Below, piece by piece: positions 34,258-45,108 of a stretch of DNA of 64,000 nucleotides. The notes under the pieces were generated by a model. It was not told where the DNA came from. It saw only the letters and a list, made by a program, of their open reading frames with translations, and did not search any database. A program made the position numbers and the translations under genes. Position 1 is the first letter of the stretch. The number at the start of each line of letters is the position of its first letter. Origin of the DNA: Antedon mediterranea. Lineage: Eukaryota > Animalia > Echinodermata. The stretch covers positions 14,694,001 to 14,758,000 of the forward strand of contig NC_092671.1 of NCBI RefSeq assembly GCF_964355755.1, written 5' to 3'.

Positions 34258-37200
34258 CTACTTGCTATCATCATCACTATCTGAACTGCTACTACTAGAA
34301 TCTTCGGAGCTCTCACTATTACTAGACAATTCAGAAGTCTCAATGGCATCTCCAGAACTACTAGAATCTTCGGAGCTCTCACTATTACTGGACAATTCAG
34401 AAGTTTCAGTAACAACTCCAGAGCTACTAACATCTTCAGATCTCTCACTATTATTATTACTGGACAATTCAGAAGTCTCAGTAACAACTCCAGAGCTACT
34501 AGAAACTAAACACTCTCCAACATTGTTCAGGTGTTTTGCCACACCACTGAGTTCTGGTGTTAGCTCAATGTTGGAGTGAAGTAACTTCAGAACAGTGTGT
34601 TTATAAGTGTCTATTGCTTCTTCAGTTTCACCTGAATTCATGAGAGTTTCAACTGCTGTTCCGAATTCCTTAACACCATCAGTATTCAATAATTCTTCTT
34701 CTTCTGCTTCTGAAACTTCATGCAACGAATCACCCTAAATGATAAAATTAAATCTTTTTATATTCTTACATAACAGTGACATTTGGTATAAATGTGAATG
34801 TGCAATTGATTATAAAAAGTCTCTGCGTTTCGATTTGGTTGAGGTGATTTGAAACTTGGGTGGTTTTGTGAAACCAATCACCTTAGACTGCCACTTTATA
34901 ATCGCCTTGCCTGGAATTACTACAGAAGACAGTAAAAAAAAAACATCGAAACATTTCTAACTTGTTTTCCTTTTGGAAACATATGGTGTAACTCATTCCA
35001 TAGTGTTTACTGGTGTTTAACATGCAAACTTTTAAAAAAAGAAGAAAAACTATTTTTTCATTTTAAAGCAAATTCTATACCTGTCTTTTGTTTCTAGCCA
35101 GCACCTTTAGCATGTTTGTCTTTGATGGCTGTAGATCCCACATATAATGCTCCATATCATCAGGTGTGATATCATTCTCCCATGGTTCAGTCACCTATCA
35201 AATTAATGTTTTAAAAAGTAATACCGAAATACAATGAAAACATACCTACAGTTGGTGGAGAAGGGCATGTTAGATACATGAGATAATGGGCTTTTTAACA
35301 ATGAAACTTATTAACTAGCTGTAGAATTTTGTCTCGAACCAATGGCTTCTGAATACATTTAAACCACTGAGCTAGTGATTGTTTAGTACAGTATAATATC
35401 TTAGATTCTACTTACCCAAGACTCATGAAATAATACTGTAAGTAAATACAATGCATAGTCATAATTCTGTTTCCTCAGAGGGCATCTGAAATAGAATGAA
35501 AACATTTAATTACTATATGATTATGGCATCTTAACAATCTTTGACACATGTATTGGCTGATCCACTTAGTATAGCACATGTTTAATCTGTAATTACCTAT
35601 CTGTAGTAATTTTAACTGTGTTGGTTGCTTGATCATATCTTTCACCAACTAGCTGAATAAATTTCCACCGAGCATGTTCATCCAAAGGTATTGAGTCTAG
35701 ATTTACCTAAAAATATTTAAAACAAAGTACAGTTAGAACTGTAGCTTTTAAACCTAACGTAGGAACATCATGTAAATTTGTGATATTCATATATTATTGT
35801 TTACTGCTACATGAACTGGTTACCATGATAACCATACCCTGGGTGTTGTATGCCCGGCGTACACTCGTAAATTGTATTACCACCGCTGAAACTCTAGATC
35901 AGGCAGTGAAATGAAGCAGACATATTGAAGTTTAGTCTTGAGTCTTACAGCATGTTTTACATTCATTGATAACTGTTATTAAGTATGTTGATATAAAGTT
36001 TGCGGTACACCATGTACCGTATATTTCGGTGTATAAGTCGCACCTGTGTATAAGACGCACCCCCAACTGAGAGTAAAATATCGGTATTTTTTATATCGTC
36101 GATGTATAAGACGCACCTTATATTTCATCAAAAAAATGTTTTTTTAAATTGTAATCAATATTATTGTAATAATATATTTTGTTATATCTACAACGGCGTC
36201 CTTTATTTAGGTTTTTTCTTACCTAAGCTCGGCCGCGCCCAGCCTCAACAAGTTCTTTCTAACTTGTTATTCATGAGTTTCGCCGCAACATCGAGTGCAT
36301 GACCGTGTGTGTAACACGCACGTGTGTGGGCTAGCCTCGCTCGATCATTTCGAGAGGGCGCACGTTTTCACCGACAATCGTATTCGATTAGTATCTTTGT
36401 ATCCGAGAAGTGTGTACGCTAGGTCCATGCTATAATCACCTGGAGAATATACTAGTCGAATACCGTACACCATGTGCCACCAAAAGAAGGGCTTGCGCTT
36501 GGGGTACGGCGATCGTGCGTATAACTACTGTATAAATAAATACTATTCCAATCGTACGACGTAAACGTTTACAAATGAAATTTTATCGGAGCGCCATAAT
36601 GAACAAATCTTTTCATCATATTTAGTATAACATCATGCTAAAATGACTTGAAAACTAGGCCTAAGCAGAAGCAGGTTGCCGTTACGTTAGTTAGTTACTG
36701 TAGCTAGGCCTAGCCTACTCAGGCCTAGCAAACGAGGTGACGATAGCCTAGGCCTATGTATAATCTGTGTGGTGAGGCATTTATGTTCGGTGTATAAGAC
36801 GCACCCTTAATTTAGAGGTCAAATTTGCGTGTCAAAAGTGCGACTTATACACCGAAATATACGGTATATTAGTTCTGAAAAGAACCTCTCTCCTAAAGAC
36901 GATCGAAGCATATTGATCGAAACGTCGAGAAACTCAACAGTTCTTTTCAGAACTAATATACGTGGTGTACCGCAAACTTTATATCAACAATTGATTTCGC
37001 CATGCAAACCTTCAAACAATATATTATTAAATACTAATACCAAAGTACTACTACAAAATTCATTGTGCGCATGAAGGGACATTGGAACGTGGTAGATTAT
37101 ATGTCCGACCAGTGACACAATATGCTTAGGTTGTACATGTGGTTGCAAATCATCTTGAAGTACCTTAATTGAAACAATCCTGGCATCAGGATGTCTTAGT

Positions 37201-39725
37201 GAAGGTCCTGAGTGAACGTAGTCCGACAACTCAACTTCCAATGGAAACATCCTCTGACATAGTTCACTATCTTCTTTTAACTTCTCTGGCCACTGAGTAC
37301 ACAATTCTGTATAATAAATTTAAATTGATTTATTCAATATGCTCGTAAAAACTAATACGACAAAACAGAAAATGAGGATAACCCTGTAATTGTTAATAAT
37401 ACAATTAAGGTAGAACTCATACATAGAAACATCTGTATTTTTTGGGGTCCTAAATGGGTCCTCTTAATAGAGACACGTAGTAAACAAACCTGTTAAAATG
37501 AACTGAAAGTAAAACTGAAAAGTATGTTAATTTGTTTTGATTATCATATCAATCAACCAACCAATATTTATAAAAAAAAACACAAATAAATCATAGTTAT
37601 TTAAATCAATTAATTAATTTGAGATTACCTTTCAATGCCGCGCATTGCTTCTTGATCGCCGGAGGGGTAAGATGTAGAAAATTTGGAATCTAATATAAAA
37701 ATCAAAAGTTGACTGTACAATAAAGATCACATATAAAATCTACATAGAAAATAACAATGCATGAAAGAGGGACTGGAAATAAATAGAAAAAATGTGCTTA
37801 ATAAATTTGTTTACCTTTATTAGTTCAGCATTGCCATATTTGTGAGGTGGTATACCCCGTTTTACAGGATACCCCATTCTCAGTGGAAGAGGAACGGCTG
37901 ACCACTTGAAAGAGGCTGCAGTAGGGTACACATTTGACCAATCTTGGTCCTCTTGCATCCTTGACTCTCGAGGATCTGGCAACTTAAAATAATAGATTGA
38001 AAAATGAATCTTGCAGTTGATTGGATGTTTACTGCATGGTAACTTTTTATTTTATTGAATTGTTTTTAATATTCTGCTACCACATATTATTAACATAATT
38101 TATTACTTCAGATAAATAACTAAACACAAACTGCTGTCATTATACAGATTACAGTGATTTTAAGAGATTTAAACTTGAGAATATAAAGATCATATTAGAT
38201 ACTTACAGGACTTTTTCTACGCAGTCTCATATTTAATGCCCTCATGGCCTTGCCTCTTTGAGAATGATGCGAGGATCCTACATATAAGTTATAAAAGAAA
38301 CAATATTTTCTACAGGAAAAAATCAAATGTCATTTCATTGAATACAGTGTATTTACAAACAAACAACATTTCAAATATATATAGGCCATTTTATTCTAGG
38401 CATAAAAATCCCTCTATTATTTATAGCCTAGCCTATATAGATAGCCCATACAGGAGACCTAGCCTCCATAAATATCATGCATGTGTTATGCGCGATTTGA
38501 ACGATTTGCGCAATTTGAAATTGCGCAAAAAAAATCCTTGCGCAATTTGAATTGAAACATGTGTTTCAAATTGCGCAAGCAACGTATTAAATTGCGCAAG
38601 TAATCTGCAAATTGCGCAAGGTTTTTCGACAGATTGTGAAATCATGCACACCCATATTTTTATAGTAATTTCTAAGAATGATTCAAAATTAAAGATAAAT
38701 ATCGCATTTCCTTATTTTAGTAGTGCAAATATTGTTATAAGTTAGCATACCGTCGAAGAACGGACGAAGGAAAACGAAGCGGTGGTGTTCCACCAGACGG
38801 GCGCGGCGCGGGCGGCCGGCTATACTACTCTAGCCTAGCTAGGGTCTGGACTACTGATACTGACTAGGTTACATGGCCTAGCTTAAACTAATATTAAAAA
38901 CTTAAAAAGTGAGTATTAAACATTATCTTCATTGAAATGGTCTTATTTATATAATAAAATACTAAATTTTAAACTCCTCTGCCTAGGCCTAGCCTAGCCA
39001 TGTATGGGAAAATTTACAGTTCGTTTTCAAATTGCGCAAAGGTGTCATATTGCGCAAGAACTATCTTGCGCAATTTACAAATTGTGCAGCGCAATTTAAA
39101 ATTGCGCAAAGATTTTCTTGCGCAATTTGAAATTGCGCAAGTTGATTGCGCAATTTGAAATTGCGCAAGAATTCTTTGCGCAATTTCAAATTGCGCAAGG
39201 ATTTTTTTGCGCAATTTCAAATTGCGCAAATCGTTCAAATCGCGCATAACACATGCAGCCCTCACTCAGGCTCTACTACTAAACTATCTATTCTAGTAGG
39301 CCTACTATATAATAATTGCATTTTTTAAAAAAATATTACTGTGCCAAGAAAGTGATGTTTAGATCAGGACATAGATTTTTTAGAAAAATTTAAAGTTAAG
39401 CTTCTATCTAAGTAGTTATTGAAAAGGCTAAACCTAGGCCTACATAATTCATTTGCATGCGGCTGTCGGTTTTGAATCAACCTCCTCTGGCTGGGCCCAC
39501 ACACAATTTCAATGAATAGGCTAGCTCACCCATGCAGGGGAGCCTACAGAATAAAGTTTACTTACGATCAATTTCAGATTGCACATCAGGTAAAGAAGTT
39601 GAAACAAGCGAACCATAATGACATTGCCTTATCTGCTGATGGAAATTTAAAGAGCTTTTTCTACTACAAACATCTAATAAACCAGGATTTAATGACAGTT
39701 TGTAGAAGCAACGTGAAGCCGACAT
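34258..39725 (-). CDS. MRPS35: Mitochondrial small ribosomal subunit protein mS35, 9 exons, ~457 aa
   Basis: Exons (minus): 39725-39566, 38277-38207, 37982-37815, 37689-37629, 37306-37164, 35706-35597, 35485-35416, 35194-35081, 34734-34258 (1374 nt). Diagnostic blocks: [80 protein letters not shown]. The N-terminus resembles a mitochondrial presequence. Confidence 0.93.
35986..36989. mobile_element. Palindromic Penelope-like remnant with a decayed minimal hammerhead core, interrupted by a MITE
   Basis: Arms TGTTGATATAAAGTTTGCGGTACACCA[MITE]TATATTAGTTCTGAAAAGAAC / GTTCTTTTCAGAACTAATATACGTGGTGTACCGCAAACTTTATATCAACA. The loop carries TCTC-CTAAAGA-CGATC-N10-GATC-GAAAC-GTC-GAGA. Confidence 0.6.
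36017..36864. mobile_element. Tc1/mariner-superfamily (Tc2/pogo-like) MITE, 848 bp
   Basis: TA|CCGTATATTTCGGTGTATAAGTCGCAC ... GTGCGACTTATACACCGAAATATACGG|TA; perfect 27-bp TIR, TA duplication, subterminal GTATAAGACGCACC repeats, no transposase. Confidence 0.9.
38478..39257. mobile_element. Foldback-type MITE with long TIRs built of TTGCGCAA palindromes (MRPS35 intron 1)
   Basis: TGCATGTGTTATGCGCGATTTGAACGATTTGCGCAATTTGAAATTGCGCAAAAAAAATCCTTGCGCAATTTGA and its near-perfect reverse complement ending at 39257. No clear TSD. Confidence 0.8.
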
Positions 39726-40577
39726 TATTATTAATGCATATGGAAGTGCGCCCTCTCTAAAAATACAACTGAAAAAACTTTGATATAAAATCTGGCAAAG
39801 TGTAAAGAGTAGTTATATAAATAAAAGCTATATTTTATCTTTATCTTTATCACAATAAAGCTATTTCTTGTGTCCCTGTAGTTACGACAGGCTCAGATTA
39901 ATAGCCTAGGTAGGCCTATATTTTATTCAAATTTAAACAATAAAAAATCCAAATCTAAAAACCGTTACAGAAAACTTCTCTCTAGAATTTGATTATCTTT
40001 TATTAGTCTGCTTATATTACTTTCGCACGTCATCATAATGTTTCTTTATTTCAAAATGTGGTGTATGTAATTTTTTTTTATTTTTCATAATATTTCCTCT
40101 GTATTACACATAAAATTGTAATCGCAAATAAATAAATAATTGCTGTAATTAGAATATCGAATTGTTTGTGTCCTAATAAATATCGCAGACATTTTCAGTG
40201 AAAGATGTACATATTGTTTATTATTCTCCTTAATTTGTTTACAATAAATGCTGTGGGTCTTTTAATTGAATAATTCAGAACAATACAATTCACGATTCAT
40301 CAAATTAAAAAGCAAAAGTATTTAGATTACTTATCAGACCTGTTGCAGATTCCATTATATACCCGTCGATCCTGAGAACATAGCAAACAAGTCTAGCGCC
40401 CTCTATTTTTTAAAAGATTCATAATTTTTATCATTGACATTCATTGAGAGCCCCAGCCTGCGGCATTTTATCGCTATAGATATCCCAACATGCTTCATCC
40501 GCAATGCAGACTTTTAACACGTCATCGAGTTGCACCAGGGTTTAGAATACGCGCTAAGAAAAGTTTTGCTAAATAAA

Positions 40578-40694
40578 CCAATCAACAACTTACAACAACA
40601 CAGCAACAGAAGTTCCAGCCAATCAGAGTAAAGATAAGCCCAATCCCAATATTAAGCTGTTGTTGACGAAGAAGAACTTAGTGTTGCCATTTTG
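40578..40694 (+). promoter_or_regulatory. CCAAT-box cluster plus YY1-like motif; candidate promoter divergent from MRPS35
   Basis: CCAAT at 40578, 40619, 40640 and 40646; GCCATTTTG at 40686; followed by donor AG|GTAGGT at 40742. Confidence 0.5.
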
Positions 40695-41600
40695 TAAAGT
40701 GCACTGCGGAGAGAAGACAGCTAAAAAAGAGACGATAGTAGGTAGGTGTTGCTGAGGCAACTTGAAGCTAATATATCATACCAAATTGTCATAGTTCATA
40801 AAATTCGTAAAATAAATGTATAAAAAGAAAATATTGAGGATATCTGAAATTGAACTTTCTTTTGAATTGTTGTTAATATTGCTAATATGTATCTTCTAGG
40901 CCTAGACCTCTCTCCTATTACAATTATTGATTGACTCATCTATAACTACACACAGGCCCCACTACTGTTTTGTACTATTATTCTTTCTTTAAAAGCTGTA
41001 AGCTGTATAAAGACCAATATTTTAATAGTTTGATGTTTCTTTGCAGGTTTGACTTCAAATTTAAATAATGTTTTTTACTACAAATTTGGTAGTTTTCGTC
41101 TGCCTACTTGAGTATCTTGATGTTGTGCTCTTCATGTGAAAGTTGATGTCCAGAAAAGGCATCCAAAACATAGTAAGATCTAACAAATAAAACCAATTCA
41201 AACTAACATATATATATATAATTGCAAAATGTATATAATTTATATCTATATGTTAGTTTATGGTTTATTATTTTACAGGTATACTAACATATTAGAGTAA
41301 GTTTATTTTTTATTTTTATAGGTCGATGAACCAGAATTTCACCCCTTCACATCATCCACACACAAATACTATATAATATATTATATAATCTATATAATAT
41401 AAAATATGTATTTGTATGTATCCTTATGTTGTATCATGCATTGATATAGGTTTTGAATATGCCATGTTTACCTAATAATTTATTTATACTTCAAGTTGTC
41501 TTATATAATTTTTATATATATATATATTTATGCATTGTTCAATATCATTAAATAAGTAATTCTGAGTATGTATATACCTGTTTATATAACATATATTATA

Positions 41601-41760
41601 CAAATAATGAATGTTTATGAGTGCAATGGTACAAATAATGGCACGAGGTGAATGATGAAAGGTTATATCAACGAGGCAAAGCCGAGTTGATATAACCTTT
41701 CATCATTCACCAAGTGCCATTATTTGTACCATTACACGAATACAAAACATTCATTATTTG
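41601..41760. repeat. Long hairpin (~70-bp arms, perfect 26-bp inner stem), probably a palindromic non-autonomous element
   Basis: GGTGAATGATGAAAGGTTATATCAAC-GAGGCAAAGCCGA-GTTGATATAACCTTTCATCATTCACC, extended by outer paired blocks. Confidence 0.85.
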
Positions 41761-42579
41761 TTTTATATAACATCTAGACATTTTTTTTTCGTACACAAAA
41801 ATGTTTCAAAAAGTACTATTTAACGATCGTTGAATAGTGCGTACTATTGCACGCCATGTGACCCACATTCGTCCAATCAAATGACAGGAATTTATATAGG
41901 TGTTATATAAAGTATAATAATATACACATTATGTTATATATAACATTTTATATAATCTAATAAACTTTTTGCACAATAGGATAAATTTTGTTTTAGTTAC
42001 TAACACACACAAGAAGCCAAAAGAGAGAATATTCTTTGATTTTACTGATTATTATGCATGTTCTGATTTCATATACAAACAATATTTTGAATTATTATAA
42101 CTACATGTTGGTTTCACTGTTAAAGATGCTTTGTGGACACTAGCTTCACTCTATCTAGAGCAAACATCAATTGCAACCCACTTAGTGGAACATGCTTATA
42201 ATATTTTAACAGAAGATGAATTATTATTTAAATAATATTTATATTATGTTATTTGATTTTTACTAACTCTTTAGATAATGCATGATACAACACCCAGAGT
42301 GCAATCCCCTATTCCTTGCACACTGGTTTATTTCTAGCCCTATTTTTGTTTAAAGAAAACGGAAGCACAAAGGTAAGTTACTAACGCAGCAAGACATCGC
42401 TTCGAGCACCCAAGCTTCAAAACAAGTAAGATTTAGCTGCTAGGCTTGTTACTTAAGGTTTTGCCATGATGTTTAATGGTATCTTGTGGTATCAATTTGT
42501 AGTCTCTTGTTACTATCGTCCATGTCCTTTCATGTTCATGGTTTGCTCTAGTTGTTTTTTCGCAAGTTCGCTATCATTT

Positions 42580-43900
42580 TTTGGTAATTCACAGTTCATG
42601 TGAGCAGTATAGGTTGACAACCTACACTGCTAATGTGAACTGTGTTGTCTATATTATAATGCGCGGTTGTTTACTCGGATTATAAATAAATTTCAATATA
42701 AAAAATAGTCTTTGTGTCATTTTTCTTTCATATCATAACATAATTGGTAATTTTTCTCTATTTTTTGAATAAAATTTCAACAAAATGTTTCTGTGTCTTA
42801 TTTTTGTATTATAGAAAACATTCACAATACATTTAGGGAAAACAAATTTTCAATAAAGGTTGAAGATATTGTCTGTGTCTATTTATTTCGTTTCTTTGCA
42901 AGTACTCTATCATCTTCTGGTAATTCACAGTTCATGTAAACAATATAGGTTGACAACCTACACTGCTAATGTGAATTGTGTTGTCTATATAATGCGTGGT
43001 TGTTTACTCCGTAAACAACCACCACAAAATAAATAAATCGACATTTTTAAAATAGTCTTTATAGTCAACACTGCTCATGTGAACTGTGTTGTCTATATAC
43101 ATTAATGCATGGTTTGTTTACTGTGATCATAAATAAAAACAATTTTTAAAATAGACTTTTTCTCATTTTTTGTTCATATTATAATAACATGCCCTTTTTT
43201 TTCTAGTTTTCAAATAAAATGTCTTCAACACAAAATGTTTCTGTGTTTTATTTTGTATCTACTGAAAACATTCTCAATACATTTAGGAAAAAAGAAAAAA
43301 GGATCATTAAATTAAAATTTTAAAAATAGTCTTTGTCTCATTTTTTTCTTATCATTATAACATGCCCCTTTTTTCTCTAGTTTTCAAATAAAATTTTTAC
43401 ACAAAATGTTTCTGTGTCTTAATTTTGTCTCTTGGGAAAACTTTCACAATACATTTAGGAAAAAAGAATCATAAGTAAATTAACATTTAAAAAAATAGTC
43501 TTTGTCTCATTTTTTTTCATATCATTATAACATGCCATCTTTTTCTCTAGTTTAATAAAATGTCTTCAACACAAAATGTTTCTGTGTCTTATTATTGTCA
43601 CATACATTAAGGCAAAAAAGAAAAAAGTCATTTAAAATAAATATTGTCTATGTGTCTATTTATTTCATTATTTAAACAAAAAATCATAATCTTTTTACTA
43701 TCGTTTGTGTACTTTCATGTTCATGATTTTCAACAATATTAGTTAATTCACTGTTCATGTGAGCAGATAGATTGTATATATAATTCTGATTGAACATTTG
43801 TACATTCCAAGTTTAATTTGATCATAAATAAATTTAATAAAGTGTCCTTTTGTTTCACAACACATACCAATTTTCAAATAAATTTTCAACAAATAAAAAG
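42580..43900. repeat. Degenerate AT-rich tandem duplications (~170-180-bp unit, ~4-5 copies) with interspersed hairpin units
   Basis: AAAATAGTCTTTGTCTCATTTTT..ATAACATGCC..CAAAATGTTTCTGTGTCTTA..CACAATACATTTAGG recurs at ~42702, 43148, 43323 and 43492. Confidence 0.75.
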
Positions 43901-45108
43901 TTTCTGTATGTTTTTTTGCATTCACAATACAATTAATAAAATGGTGTCATAGGTCATAGGTCATAGGTCATTTTAAATAAATGTTGAATAAATGTTTTTG
44001 TGTCTATGTGTGGTATAGTTCCCTTTTTTTATAAAGTTATTCAAAGCAGGACATAATTGTGGTTGTTGTTAAATAAAATGGAACTAATTCATGTTTTGCT
44101 GTCTTATTTCGGTAGTAAATAATATAATAGAACAAACAAATTATTAATTCTTTTATTTCAACAATATTTATTGAAGCTGATTGTTGTCGGCAATGACTGC
44201 AAGCTTATTCCTATTCTACTAGATTGGGTCAATTTTGAATGATAATAAATTGAATAAATAAAATGTCTTTGTGTCAATTTATTTCTTGGTTTCAAAATTC
44301 ATTCACAATATCATTGAATTTACATCTTGTTCATAATAGAAAATTCCTGAATAGTTTGTTTCAAAAGAAAATAGAAAAAATATGGTTTTGTGTGTTTATT
44401 TTTAAGTAGAGTGAAATATTTCATTTAAATGGTATTAGCTTTTTTATGATTGATTTTTAATTTTCCCAATAAATTGTAAACAAAAACCAACATTTCTGGG
44501 TCGTGTATTTTATTTAATTTCATTGAAATACATTGTCTATGTGTCGCTAATATACAGATAATGCTCCTTGCGTAATAAGGTGATCTTTTTTTGTAAAATA
44601 ATTCTGTAAATACAGTTTTATTGTTACTAATTACTGTAAAAAAAATTGGAATACTAATATGGTTTGTGTGTCGTTTCATTTATTTTATTATAAATCGAGT
44701 CAAAACAATCATTAAATGGTTTGAAATTGTATTGTTTTATTTTTTTAAATAGTTTTGCATTTAAGTGGTCTTGGTTTTTGTAATTCATTTTTAACTTGAA
44801 AATTGTTGTGAAGTGTGTTGTTTATTTCCTTAAACTGTTTGATTACAAATAAAGTGTTCACAAATAAAATGTCTGTCTTTTTGTAATTAAAAACAATTTT
44901 ATAATATGTGAAAATTGTTAAATTTTAGTTGAAAATTCATTCATTGTGTAATGTTGTATTAACTTAAGTAAATGTAAATGAATAGCTGTAAACTGTTTTC
45001 TACATCAATAAATGATTATAGAGGACAGCGCTGACTATTAGATTTAAGTAGTTTAGGGTTTAAGTAAGTTAAAATATTACTCATACAAATTTAACTGTAA
45101 TTTTAATA

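Noticed and set aside
34232-34579. Plus-strand 115-aa Leu/Ser-rich ORF
   Set aside because: Antisense shadow of the repetitive MRPS35 last exon.
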